DNA of 63,189 nt, filler included, from an uncultured archaeon (lineage in GTDB: Archaea; Nanobdellota; Nanobdellia; Woesearchaeales; CAIVOO01): NCBI GenBank assembly GCA_903842985.1. It is 5 parts of 5 records of this genome, joined end to end, with 100 filler letters (N's around TTAATTAATTAA, not from the genome) between each part and the next. Parts side by side here need not be neighbours in the genome. Positions count along the whole stretch, not along the records: positions 21,989 to 44,086 come from CAIMOB010000039.1; positions 44,187 to 59,934 come from CAIMOB010000040.1; 3 more parts are not named here. One strand, written 5' to 3'. Of this stretch, positions 41,401-50,091 are shown one piece after another. The stretch's first letter is position 1; each line of letters starts with the position of its first letter. The notes beneath the pieces were generated by a model that worked only from the letters and a program-made list of their open reading frames with translations, was not told the origin of the DNA and did no database searches. The translations under genes and the position numbers were made by a program.

Positions 41401-42631
41401 TCTGTTTCAGCGCTATTGGCACTGTTTTTGTTGGAGCATCAAGCGTTGCTGCTATTGTTTGTGTTTCATAAGTTTCCTTGAAAATAACAATTGTGTAATT
41501 TGCCCTCATCAAGTTTGCAATGAACTGCCCGCTTGAATCTGTTGTTCCTCTTGCAGACTCTGCAACAGCGTCTATTTTTTTAATTACAATTGTTGCGCCT
41601 CCAATGTTTGCTGGAGGAGCTGCGGTGTCTTTGACAATTACTGTCAATGCTGTCATTTCAGCTGCCTTTGACGGCAGGATAAAGTTCTTTGTTATTGTCG
41701 CCTGGATTATGTTTACTACATCGCTTGTTTGCGTAAGGTCTGTACTCGTGCTTGGAGGAGTTGCGCTGGCGGTGTAGGTGCCGATTGGAATGTTTGAAAT
41801 CTCATATCTCCCGTTAGCTCCGGTTATGTTTGAAAAGCCGGCTATTGAAACTATTGCATTTGCAACAGGAACGCTTGCTGAGTTGTAAACAATCCCAGAC
41901 AGCTTTCCGACGACAGCTGCCGGCGGGTTTATCTGGAGCAGACTGAAGTCCTTGCCAGAAAGCGATGTTGCCACATCAGTCAATGTAATTGTCTTGCTTT
42001 CGTAGCCTGGCTTTGAAGCAGAAAGTGTGTAAGTGCCCTGCGGCATGTTTGTTAATGCATATGTTCCATCTGAAATTGTTGTTGTTGTTTTGCCTGCTGC
42101 TGTGACTGTCACGTTTTCAAGAACTCTATTGCTTGTGTCCTTTACAGTGCCTGATATGGTTATTGTAGCTTCCCTAGGCTGTGTCAGCCCTGTGCAAATG
42201 TCCTGATTTGTTGTTGCGCGGAACCAGCTCATGTATGTGGTCTTCAGCGCCTGGCACTGCGCCTGCCCTTCTCTCATATAATAAAAGCCTATTGAATAGA
42301 CATCACCATGGCAGAAAACGCATCCTGTCCTGCAGTCTGAATAAAGTGAGCAGCTGCCTGTCACAAATTTTGAAGGCGCTGAGCAAAGTTTTGGAGAAGA
42401 ATATGTGCCGACTTTTGCAGATTTGCAAGTGTCAATGCAGCAGGAGTCTGTAACAGCGTAGCAGTTTGCAGAGCACTGCGCAGCTGAATCATAGACATTG
42501 CAGTTTGTTGCTGTTGCTGTGCAGAAAAGTGAAGGGTTTGATATGTCAAAACAGCAGCCTGCATTTGCTGAGAAACTAAGAAGTGGTAAAAGTATGAGGA
42601 TTGAAAATATCAAAACGTATTTTTTATACAT
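35486..42631 (-). CDS. Giant (~2380 aa) secreted/surface adhesin-like protein: Cys-rich N-terminus, four carboxypeptidase-regulatory-like beta-sandwich repeats, Cys-rich region, Ig-like domains, internal Cys tandem repeat
   Basis: Signal MYKKYVLIFSILILL...ANA; ISGTVKD...TT..DG.Y...GTYTL.ASK.GY repeats; DxxPP/DxAGN Ig-like motifs. Confidence 0.85.
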   Translation of the reverse strand: MYKKYVLIFSILILLPLLSFSANAGCCFDISNPSLFCTATATNCNVYDSAAQCSANCYAVTDSCCIDTCKSAKVGTYSSPKLCSAPSKFVTGSCSLYSDCRTGCVFCHGDVYSIGFYYMREGQAQCQALKTTYMSWFRATTNQDICTGLTQPREATITISGTVKDTSNRVLENVTVTAAGKTTTTISDGTYALTNMPQGTYTLSASKPGYESKTITLTDVATSLSGKDFSLLQINPPAAVVGKLSGIVYNSASVPVANAIVSIAGFSNITGANGRYEISNIPIGTYTASATPPSTSTDLTQTSDVVNIIQATITKNFILPSKAAEMTALTVIVKDTAAPPANIGGATIVIKKIDAVAESARGTTDSSGQFIANLMRANYTIVIFKETYETQTIAATLDAPTKTVPIALKQISAADKSISGRVTDSMTGDGIADASVFIPAPLAELVKSALTDSSGNYKIEGVMAANYTLITQKAGYVEGSRTSGVATTTGENIPLLPARCLTGVASPNITSIELLKDLTNKRTNVRISFNTECSPGLVYVYRCKGAGCTLQPIADGISILNNAGSYTDLTVEAGETYNYQIMAYYDNFLLDKVFSEPKTISLGEAECFAKVPGSDEVCVNNTRSKCGANNTVKEISDTTKNKNSICMYKTQITTVYVNDVDCSQCNPPLGMFSYAGFLNVPREGVNELVSCSADMSLFPEARACYVDYTKSAVNKYFSCKNVKSCYDYQSESACVQNKCAKDMPCHWVAHTTFSDLGMGVCVPDDEKNRDCSRCEKSGKFNDLFLNCSQNLCTAYGSNSAGTSSSCYYTTGKHCVNKKDSSCEVYYKDSSNNGCGTTNTNKVDMGANKYVTNSINPANKSTDYFGFGLCKFNLTSYPVKCVKDANDDNLRDPNPTDMQPPYTVVLHPKTANEINFDYVVYDPLNSTPVSDAKTFLCAGTPSESCFTEASEGKIKYLDIPPNTQQDYTVNYYSQDTADNLEIIRPFTVTIDKIPPTVAFNWLYGIGTDIIVTLSSDDILSCDAAMKSQDGEALQTENNLLLYEPARSFSRTYQLTDGIYYYNYTCYDLVGNPTSAQKVILVDKDNLVFNGKPSGTINYNSVTLSVETMIDADCRYDSAPIISESQFSSAKSFSTTSTDKRHHTAQENLGGYDNNAFNYYVRCKSLDTQQLTKSSMTPKIAFSIDRTAPVTGLVPAEATTNWSKSWDVAFNCYDAPIFGIYPEFGCNSTRYCISNTDCTPSTSAGKGVTVSEYKKLCYFSVDSGGNMEAVKVPCDQIKVDKDAPRVEITSGDLITKENKVDVTIKMNNSAATKLPQSKIKEIEFMIDGVEVDNRTAQSITELTQTYPVALPPSLTETFNPDGNEGAITVAVIDEAGNRGVSAPIKVTVDRWGSDVTPVLDPELNTYLTMENIDKSYPHIFFETPFTYYTNSKQIYISGTTAETRETLKFWINNAPVTAATYKQPLANATTDERFVAAFTINKGSNELIVSGILLADMQAYKGKYVKFESHSRQSYSNYGKFYKIIAVTLPCPAGSEYSLVSGLCEANSCPSSTAYNVADMSCRYSPVQDDCPAGTIINASSGLCEVNPCPSGTVYDTTNKLCEYSPVQDDCPAETTLNATSGLCDVTDWPGRSVIPTCPSGTRYSIPAKLCRYSPVQDDCPAETTLNATSGLCEANPNCPSGTTYNTIAKLCKYSPVQNDCPRSTTLDSASGMCRATPAGSGAMLTLNAGVEKTVAKGEAFTIYDTQLPSNNFIAQVELNDILADETFSNNTLYVSQQDKAENEGAPTDKYNIIYETTPPDITSETALVDAGTIALTSGSSFHSLEGINFTIYEQFDLLNWSVELNGATIASAKSGSAPAYTVNVPKKFENGHYNLTLNVTDLAGNSAGKTFDFNVDNLAPRRPNVTVIGRYGVAPDSYIMTPLPRPDFNVKFPDAVPVTISEMRLRNLPHNMSCIANGNNNFTCSLPSEVTNLPEGDYEIIITAFKQLAERKSDYAKYSILFAVDHTPPAIIDFELANKFISNSSPVQFSAIIKRSSEKHPLKANVRLNRTQQAYVTDIVSKTAMDLFFGSITQENLSAEGIYLSHDETWTLLANISDYAGNYNDSNTATLIIDTIPPSLDDSVKINAKPIYWASETLTRGLEMAPGEQPVFQYEKYTVKEDLISVTGIVTDVGQSKVNSIMFERSGVQIGEILKPCTSIKKTNCFNSTTGAFYFKANSTVIGEVGAVTPNVLSITAIDNASNKFRESYYIERDIERPRVTICIEGECAGEGAQEEAEVITDSGNMESRCSSSQNPKDCYKVLITRACKAQTKVSAAECFEDYIVEIGRYELYPLCDYTELLRDDCIYSLAKKTNKAVLCEYIHFATLATKCVAATTSTTSS
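37490..38050 (-). repeat. About 4.5 tandem 40-49-aa Cys repeats (CP.GT.Y....LC.YSPVQDDCPA.T.LNA.SGLC)
   Basis: Units at 37531, 37654, 37801 and 37921; a 54-bp segment is identical at 37625-37678 and 37772-37825. Confidence 0.92.
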
Positions 42632-42687
42632 CAATAACACCACTTTTTAAAGAATTTAAAGCAATTTTATTTATAAAGGTTTTGGAA

Positions 42688-44086
42688 TTAAGTGCAGGTT
42701 GTAGCAACATTGGCGCTGCAAGTTACAATTGTACCAGAGGCATCTTTATAACCGCAGCACCTAGTGTTAGTTTTGTCCCACTTAGCACCCATATAATTGC
42801 ATTTGACACATAAATCGCAGTTTGTTGCAAAAGTACCTACCACTACGTTCTTGCACGAATCATTTATGCCATTTCCATTAGAATCAAACATTCGAACTCC
42901 CAAAGATTGTGTTGGATTGCAACCTGATTTCAAGATAGAGCCTGTTGATACAAGTGGCTGGCAGGCGCCTCCAGCAACAGTTGTTGTGCAGTTGCTTACC
43001 TTGCCTGGAGTGCATATGTCCTGAACAGTTGGACCCATGAGTGTTATTGTTGCCTGCTGGTCTGCAAGTCCGCTGACATCCCAGCAGTTTATCGGTTCCT
43101 CTGTATAAGGAGGAGGTGTCGGCGAAGTTTCAAGCTTGCAGAAATATTCGTTGACAGCATATTTGCCTGAACAGCTGTCTTTTAGATTGTATGCAGCAGG
43201 ACTGCAGATGCCTTCAATGCTGGGGTCAAGATTCCACTGCTTAACATTGCAGCCGCCGCTCATTCCATTTATGCTTCCTGCTATTTCTGGGTGTCGCCCC
43301 CCGTCTGAATCATCGCACATCTGTGCATCTTTGTAGCAGTCTGTGCAGTCTGTAACCTTGCTGCATTTGCCTGTTCCATCGCATGTTGCCTTGCAGCTGT
43401 ATTGTGTGACAACTGCGGGGTCTGTCGGCGCAGTTGCATAAGCATTATTTCCAAGACTATCGACACATCTTGGGGTATAGGAGCAGTTTCCTTTTGCGCC
43501 TGCAATGCCCATCACCTTTTCCCAGGTTGTTCCTGCAGGAACACTCACACATTCTGAATGATCCATTGGAGTCATGCTGCAGCCAGCGCATTTTTCATTG
43601 GGTCCTTCTGTTTTTGTGCAGCCAATTGTTTTTATTCTCACTTCAACAGGCGTGCCTGTGCAGGTGTTTCCGCTATCACCTGAACATGTTCCGTTTAGGT
43701 AGCGCTCGAAAACGTAACTTCTATTTTCAGCAGGTATTTGACTAATAAGGTAACTGATAAATACTGGTTGTTTATTGCCATCAATAATTTTATATCTTAT
43801 CATCGGTGTTTGTAAAATGCCTAAGTGATAGACAGATGCATTAAAGTTTGCGTTGTAACAGCCGTATTCTTTGACACTCTGGTAGCAGACTGTTCCAGGA
43901 CCTGCATAACTGCCCCAACCGCCAGCACTGGGTGCCGGAGGATTTGTGTTCGGTGAATTCCCAACGCAGCAGATGTGGTCTGCCTGGTACGGGTCGCTTG
44001 CATTGAATGGGAACGGCGCGTCATGCATTATTGGCGGGGTTGTATCTGAGTGCGGAAGGCACTGATAAAATGTCATGTTGACTGTA
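42688..44086 (-). CDS. Cys-rich surface protein, 5'-truncated at contig end
   Basis: Open frame up to the gap; dense Cys, CDDSDGG...G...DSC...VNEYFC module. Confidence 0.75.
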
Positions 44087-44186
44087 NNNNNNNNNNNNNN
44101 NNNNNNNNNNNNNNNNNNNNNNNNNNNNNNTTAATTAATTAANNNNNNNNNNNNNNNNNNNNNNNNNNNNNNNNNNNNNNNNNNNN
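44087..44186. other. Artificial contig linker
   Basis: 100-bp N run with TTAATTAATTAA. Confidence 0.97.
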
Positions 44187-44522
44187 CTTGAATTTTTTCC
44201 TCAGCTGCTTCTGCAGGTAAACGCTTGTTTCCTTTTCATCAACCCCAATTAATCTTGTAACTCCCGTATTCTTCTTTATTATCTCAAAAGCAGGCTTGTC
44301 TTTCCAGCTGTATGCTTTTATCCCTGTTCCTTTTACGTATGAAATGTCTGTACTAGACGCTATGAGAAAAGGTTTCTTGTCTTTAGGCACAATCAAGAAC
44401 CCAGTTCCAAGGTAATTTGCAAAATAAACAAGATTTGGAGCGGGCTTCATGTCAAAATTAGAAAAAACTGCAAAACCTATTCGCTTTTTCCTGAGCTCCT
44501 GCTGAAGCTGCTTTATCTTCAT
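44187..44522 (-). CDS. Xaa-Pro aminopeptidase/creatinase N-terminal domain, 3'-truncated; probable start 44522
   Basis: MKIKQLQQEL...PNLVYFANY.G.GFLIVP...PFL...IGVD pattern of the M24 N-domain. Confidence 0.6.
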
Positions 44523-44567
44523 AAAACTACAAAAATATATAAATAATATATAAACCTTCTTAGTGCT

Positions 44568-45773
44568 ATGAAGAGCTATACTCTGAAAAATGGGCTGAAA
44601 ATTGTCCTGCACAGGAAGAAATCAAATTCTGTTGTGATTGAAGTAAGCATAAATGTCGGCTCAAACTACGAGGAGCCGGAGCAGAGGGGAATTTCGCATG
44701 TCATAGAGCACATGCTTTTTGAAGGCACATTGAACAGGACCCAGAACCAGATTGCGAATGAGATAGAAAAGCTTGGCGGCGAAATAAACGCTGCGACAAG
44801 CCATGACAGGACATATTTCTACATAAAAATACCGAAGAAGCATTTTGAAATAGGGCTTGATGTGATTGCAGACATGATAAAGAACCCGCTGTTTGATGAA
44901 AAGATAATTGAAAAGGAAAAGAAGGTTGTGATTGACGAGATAAATCTCGTGCTTGACGAGCCGAGATTCTACCGCTGGGTTTTGTTTTTGAAAAAGCTTT
45001 ACAAAAAACATCCTATTAAAAATCCAATTTACGGCTTCAAGGAAACCGTGAAAGCCATGACAAAAGCAGATTTAATAAAATTTTATGAAAAATACTACAT
45101 CCCAAACAACATGATTGTCTCTGTTGTCGGCGGTGTCAGCAGCATAGCCAATGTTAAAAAGGCATTTGGTGATTTGAAGAGAGGAAGGGAAGTCAAGATC
45201 GAAAAGATAAGCGAGCCGAGGCAGAGAACTGCGCAGAAAATAGTTGAAAAGCGAAAGACAATGCAGTCCTATGTTGTAATTGGCTACAAAACAGTTGAAA
45301 GGATAAAAAAAGAGAGCTATGTGCTTGATGTGATTGCTGCAATTCTTGGGAGAGGACAGTCAGGCAAGCTGTTCAATGAGATAAGGACAAAGCGCGGCCT
45401 TGCATATGATGTTGGCGTTTATCATGAGACATCCAAGAACTACGGATTTTTTGGGGTTTATGTTGATACAAACAAGAAAAACATAATGACAGTCAAAAAA
45501 ATAGTCAGCGACGAGCTTGAAAAGCTGAAAAACGTAAGCGACAAGGAGATAAAGGAAGCAAAAACATTCATAGAGGGCAAATTCGTGCTTAATGAAGAGG
45601 ACAACAGGAAATTCGCTGACTTCATCTGCTTCTGGGAGAACATTGGCAATGCCAATTACCTTAACAGCTACATCAAGAACATAAACAATGTCAGGAAGTC
45701 TGATGTTGTGAGGGTTGTGAAGAAATACCTTGGCAAGAACTATGTGCTGGCAGTGATTGAGCAGAAACCATAA
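44568..45773 (+). CDS. M16 family zinc peptidase
   Basis: LKNGL, GISHVIEHMLFEGT (HxxEH), INAATS, LFNEIRTKRGLAY. Confidence 0.93.
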   Translation: MKSYTLKNGLKIVLHRKKSNSVVIEVSINVGSNYEEPEQRGISHVIEHMLFEGTLNRTQNQIANEIEKLGGEINAATSHDRTYFYIKIPKKHFEIGLDVIADMIKNPLFDEKIIEKEKKVVIDEINLVLDEPRFYRWVLFLKKLYKKHPIKNPIYGFKETVKAMTKADLIKFYEKYYIPNNMIVSVVGGVSSIANVKKAFGDLKRGREVKIEKISEPRQRTAQKIVEKRKTMQSYVVIGYKTVERIKKESYVLDVIAAILGRGQSGKLFNEIRTKRGLAYDVGVYHETSKNYGFFGVYVDTNKKNIMTVKKIVSDELEKLKNVSDKEIKEAKTFIEGKFVLNEEDNRKFADFICFWENIGNANYLNSYIKNINNVRKSDVVRVVKKYLGKNYVLAVIEQKP

Positions 45774-46739
45774 TTATTTGAACTGCTTTCTTATTGGAGT
45801 AATTATGTCAATTAATCTGTCAGAAACAAAATTTTTCAGGTCGAGCGGATGCAGCTCCTTGCCCGTAAATGCCTTTTCCAAATCTTTGTAATTGCTAAAC
45901 TTAAGGTTGCCCCCAAATTTTGGAGTTCTTTTTATCTCAATATCATTATATCTTGGAAAGATTATTAATTTTGCAATTGACAGGATTGGATTTTCCTCAA
46001 CAACGCCTTCCTCGCAGTATGCCTTCTTAATTTTTCTTATTATTTCGTCGTCGCTATCCCTGATTGAAATCATCGACTCTGGAACAGATGAGCTCATCTT
46101 GCTTCCAGGCCCCTGAAGCGATGGAATCAATGGAGTGTGGACAAAAACTGGCTTCTTGTAGTCAATAAAAGGCAGGACCTCTGTGCCAAGCATATGTATC
46201 TTTCTTTGCTCTATCCCTGCCTGGACTAAATCTACGCCAAGGTGCTTTATGTCGGTTATCTGCATCAGCGGATAGATTACCTGCGAAACCTTTGCGTTTT
46301 CAATGTCCCTTGCAACCTGCTGCATGCTCCTCAACGCCCTCTGAAGCGTTGTCTTCACAGCTATTTTCATAACATCATCGATATAATCAAGTTTTCTTTG
46401 GAATGAGCTTCCAAGAACGAATTCTGCATCATTCAAACCTGCTGCCTTAAACCCTTTTTCCCAGACTTTAATTTCGTTGTGTATGAAATCCCAGTCACCT
46501 TTCTGGTTAAGCCAGGTATGCCAGTCCGCGAACAAAACTTTTACATGAAATCCTGCTTTCATCAAATCAAGCAGCTTTGTGATTGTAACCAGATGCCCAA
46601 GATGGATCTCCCCGGATGTTTCATAGCCGCAGTATGTAACTGGCTTCTTTTTTTGTTTTAGAAGGGAAGGAAGTTGTTCTTCATCTATAATTTCTTCAGT
46701 ATTCCGCTTTATCAGCGCAATTTTCTCATTGATGTCCAT
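45774..46739 (-). CDS. tyrS: Tyrosine--tRNA ligase (archaeal)
   Basis: YCGYETSGEIHLGH, YPLMQITD, EQRKIH, KMSSS, LHPLDLK. Confidence 0.95.
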   Translation of the reverse strand: MDINEKIALIKRNTEEIIDEEQLPSLLKQKKKPVTYCGYETSGEIHLGHLVTITKLLDLMKAGFHVKVLFADWHTWLNQKGDWDFIHNEIKVWEKGFKAAGLNDAEFVLGSSFQRKLDYIDDVMKIAVKTTLQRALRSMQQVARDIENAKVSQVIYPLMQITDIKHLGVDLVQAGIEQRKIHMLGTEVLPFIDYKKPVFVHTPLIPSLQGPGSKMSSSVPESMISIRDSDDEIIRKIKKAYCEEGVVEENPILSIAKLIIFPRYNDIEIKRTPKFGGNLKFSNYKDLEKAFTGKELHPLDLKNFVSDRLIDIITPIRKQFK

Positions 46740-46940
46740 GCCCCTGTTAAAACGCTGTTTATTTAAAAATCTTTCTTATATGAAAGCTGCGATTTTAGCG
46801 CTTTAAAACAGAAACACAGGAAATGCTTTAAAGCATTTCCGGGCTTCGGAAATCTGCTGATTTCCGAAACATTTAAATATAACTTATGCCAAAACAGATT
46901 ATAGAATTTTCACTTAAAAATAAATAAAAAGGTGACACAA

Positions 46941-47219
46941 ATGGATGTAAAACCCCAGAAAGAAGCTGACAAATTATTCTCAAAGCAAGTTATTGGAAAA
47001 ATAGTGGTAAGCAAAACAGGAAAGAAATTTGGAGAAGTTGAAGACCTTATCTTTGAAACAAGGACAGGCGAGCTTATCAACCTCGTTTTAACAAGCCCAA
47101 CAACATACGCAGAGAGGCTTGAGCTTGAAAAAGACAAAGAAGGGGACATCCTGATACCTTTCAGCGCTGTTACAGCAATCGGCGATTTCCTTGTTGTTGC
47201 AGAAGAAGAGATAGTTTAA
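46941..47219 (+). CDS. PRC-barrel domain protein (CdpB-like candidate)
   Basis: IGKIVVSKTGKKFGEVEDL.F...TGEL...IPFSAVTAIGDFLVV. Confidence 0.85.
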   Translation: MDVKPQKEADKLFSKQVIGKIVVSKTGKKFGEVEDLIFETRTGELINLVLTSPTTYAERLELEKDKEGDILIPFSAVTAIGDFLVVAEEEIV

Positions 47220-47274
47220 TTTCTTTTTAATAATCTTTATAAATAAAGCTGATTTTAGTGTAGCTGGGGGAATT

Positions 47275-48225
47275 ATGAATATTATCTGGACAGAAAAGTA
47301 CAGGCCTAATGATTTTTCTGACATCTATGGCCAAGAAAGCATTGTTAAAAAGGTAGAGGCATTTGTAAAGCAGAAGAACATGCCCCATCTTCTTTTTGTC
47401 GGCCCGCCAGGAATTGGAAAAACCTCGCTTGCGCTGGTTATTGCAAGGGTTCTCTTCAAGGATATGTGGAAGCAGAATTTTCTTGAGTTGAACGCGTCTG
47501 ATGAAAGGGGCATTGATATAATAAGAAACAAGGTGAAGGATTTTGCAAGGACAAGGGCAATTGGTGATGTGCCGTTCAAGATAATTTACCTTGACGAATG
47601 CGATGCATTGACAAGAGAGGCTCAGCAGGCATTGAGAAGAACAATGGAAAACTTCACCCAGACCTGCAGGTTTGTGCTTTCTGCAAACTACAGCAGCAAG
47701 ATAATTGATCCGATACAGTCGAGATGTGCCATATTCAGGTTTAAGCCGTTGGACAAGGAAGATATGATTAAAATAATTGATAATATAGCAAAACAGGAAA
47801 ACCTTAAAGTTGAGGCAAAGGCAAAGGAGGCGCTTTTTGAGGTTTCAAGCGGCGACTGCAGAAGAACAGAGAATATAATGCAGAGCTGCGCAGCAATCTC
47901 CCAGAAAATAACAGAAGATATAATCTACTCGCTTGCATCAATGGCAAAGCCAAAGGAATTAAGGGAAGCGCTTGAAATGGCCATTGACGGAAAGTTTGTT
48001 GAAGCCAGGGACAAGATTCTGGACGTAATGCTTAAATACGGGCTTTCAGGTACTGATGCTATTAAGCAAATACAGCGCGAAATACTCAATTTAAGCACAA
48101 ATAATAAAAATAAGATGATACTTACTGAGAAATGTGGCGAGGCAGAATTCAGGATGAATGAGGGAAGCGACGAATTCATCCAGCTTGAAGCGTTCCTTGC
48201 CCAAGTATGCTTAGTTGGAAAATGA
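47275..48225 (+). CDS. rfcS: Replication factor C small subunit
   Basis: WTEKYRP, GPPGIGKT, LELNASDERG, LDECD, SRC. Confidence 0.96.
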   Translation: MNIIWTEKYRPNDFSDIYGQESIVKKVEAFVKQKNMPHLLFVGPPGIGKTSLALVIARVLFKDMWKQNFLELNASDERGIDIIRNKVKDFARTRAIGDVPFKIIYLDECDALTREAQQALRRTMENFTQTCRFVLSANYSSKIIDPIQSRCAIFRFKPLDKEDMIKIIDNIAKQENLKVEAKAKEALFEVSSGDCRRTENIMQSCAAISQKITEDIIYSLASMAKPKELREALEMAIDGKFVEARDKILDVMLKYGLSGTDAIKQIQREILNLSTNNKNKMILTEKCGEAEFRMNEGSDEFIQLEAFLAQVCLVGK

Positions 48226-49142
48226 ATGCTGAAAACTTTTTAAAAGAGGCAAATAGTGTATTGAGCGAGATTGGCGAGAGCAAAAAGCTGATTTACTCTC
48301 TTTCTGAAGAAAACAAGCTGCTGAAAAGGAAGCTTCTTGAAAAGATGGATATGATTGACAGCCTTGGAAAGACTCTTCAGGAGATGAACCAGCTCAAAAA
48401 TGGCAGAAGTGAGCTGATCAGCCAAAACAGCATACTGAAGATGAAGCTAAAGGAAAAGATTTCCCAGATAGAAGTGTTTTCTAGCAAAATAGATATGCTT
48501 ACAAGGACGCTTGTCAAGGGCGATAAATTTATACATGACTTAAAAGCAAGCTATGACACAAAAGAGAAAGAAGTGGATTTATTGTCAAAACAAATAAGAT
48601 TTCTTACCTCAGACCAGAAGACTAGGCTTACTGATCTTAAGAAAAATATAGAAGAAGATGCAAGGCTGATTGACTTCCTGAAGGGTAAAGTTGGAGAACT
48701 AAACTCGCTTGAAAATGTTAATGAGGAAAAAGTTGTTGAATCAAATATGAGGGAGAATGAAATAGAAAGGCTGTCAAGCCTTGTCAATCAGTTCAGAGGA
48801 AAAGCTGACAGTCTTATGGAAATAAATAAAAAACTTACGAGGGAGAACCAGGAGCTTGAATTCAGGCTAAGCGAGGCTGAAAAGTCAAGACCAAGGGCTT
48901 CTGAAGTGAAAAAGATTCCTGTTGGGAGTTTTATTGAAAGGGAGATAGAAGAAAGGATGAAAAATCCTAATGTAAAAATTGCCGGCTTCAGGCTGGATGA
49001 TCTGGAGATGAATGAGATAAATGCGGTCATCAAGACTGCGCTTGCGCACGGCGATTCATTGAATAGGATAAAGAATTCTTTAGTAAGCTGCGGATATAAA
49101 GAAGAAAAAATAGAAAGGTGTTTAGCCTTTCACAACAACTGA
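48222..49142 (+). CDS. Coiled-coil hypothetical protein; probable start 48222
   Basis: Heptad-rich K/E/L sequence; C-terminal small helical domain (IKTALAHG..LNRIK.SLV..GY). Confidence 0.65.
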   Translation: MNAENFLKEANSVLSEIGESKKLIYSLSEENKLLKRKLLEKMDMIDSLGKTLQEMNQLKNGRSELISQNSILKMKLKEKISQIEVFSSKIDMLTRTLVKGDKFIHDLKASYDTKEKEVDLLSKQIRFLTSDQKTRLTDLKKNIEEDARLIDFLKGKVGELNSLENVNEEKVVESNMRENEIERLSSLVNQFRGKADSLMEINKKLTRENQELEFRLSEAEKSRPRASEVKKIPVGSFIEREIEERMKNPNVKIAGFRLDDLEMNEINAVIKTALAHGDSLNRIKNSLVSCGYKEEKIERCLAFHNN

Positions 49143-50042
49143 TTTTGAAGTTGAAACCTTGTGGTCATATCCAAGCGTTATCTCAACTGTCTTTACAAAG
49201 TCGCCCTGCCCTCCTGTTTTCTGCGTGCAGGTTATCTGCCTTTCGCCATTGTAAAGTGTTACATCACCTGAAACAGTTCCAGTTCCTGTGCTTATTCCGC
49301 TGCAGCTTAGCTCGCTTGTCATTCCTGTATTAATCTTAAAATTCACAACATTCTCGTTGCTTATTCCTGATGCGCAGTTTAGGCCGCTTTTGAATATCTC
49401 TCCTGTTCCTGTCTGCTTTAAGACGATTGTAAGAAGAATTGAATCCTTCCCACCTGCAGACTGTCTGACTGAAAATACCTGAACAGGCGCTCCTGAATTT
49501 GCGACAGGCCTGTCTGAGTCTACTATGCAAACTGAGGTATCAACCTTTGTCAGGTCCTTCTTGATGCATGTGCTTGTCAATGCCTTTGTTCCATATGCAT
49601 AGCATGCATCTGCCTTTATTGTGTGCTGTACATCTCCAGGCAAGTCAGCCTTGTAGCTGAATCCTGGGAATGTGAATACAAGCTGGGAGCCCTGTATAAT
49701 CGCGCCTGCTGAGTCCTTTTTTGTTGCTGAAAGCAAAGTATCTGAACTTTTCTGCATATTGGCATCTACCATTCCAAAATCAACAGGGTCTACTCCAGAA
49801 AGGCTTATTTTTAGGCTGCCAACTGGCACGTCCCATTCGCCAGCATTCTTAACCTGGACAGCAACCTGAAATTCTGCCCTATTTGCATCATAAACAGTAT
49901 CTGGCGGCGCATCCTGCAAGAAATTAATAAGCAGTCCGTTTGTTCCGCCAACAAATGATGGTCCTGCAACACCTTGGTCCTGCGTTTGGCAGCCAAATAA
50001 TAAGAGCGTAAACGCCATTAAAACAATAAGCATTTTTTTCAT
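49122..50042 (-). CDS. Lipoprotein, paralog 3 of 3; probable start MKKML
   Basis: LLFGC lipobox; GL.INF...APP..VY, N.GE.D, ACYAYGT, SGAPVQV, LGYDH. Confidence 0.75.
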   Translation of the reverse strand: MKKMLIVLMAFTLLLFGCQTQDQGVAGPSFVGGTNGLLINFLQDAPPDTVYDANRAEFQVAVQVKNAGEWDVPVGSLKISLSGVDPVDFGMVDANMQKSSDTLLSATKKDSAGAIIQGSQLVFTFPGFSYKADLPGDVQHTIKADACYAYGTKALTSTCIKKDLTKVDTSVCIVDSDRPVANSGAPVQVFSVRQSAGGKDSILLTIVLKQTGTGEIFKSGLNCASGISNENVVNFKINTGMTSELSCSGISTGTGTVSGDVTLYNGERQITCTQKTGGQGDFVKTVEITLGYDHKVSTSKSVVVKG

Positions 50043-50091
50043 TTTAACACCTCGCATAATATGTTTTGTTTTATTTAATTTAAAAAACTTT

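Noticed and set aside
21989..44086. Prophage or conjugative element explanation for SLT plus pilins
   Set aside because: No capsid, terminase, integrase, relaxase or VirB4/VirD4 visible; leaders and promoters are archaeal chromosomal style (cannot be excluded beyond the contig ends)
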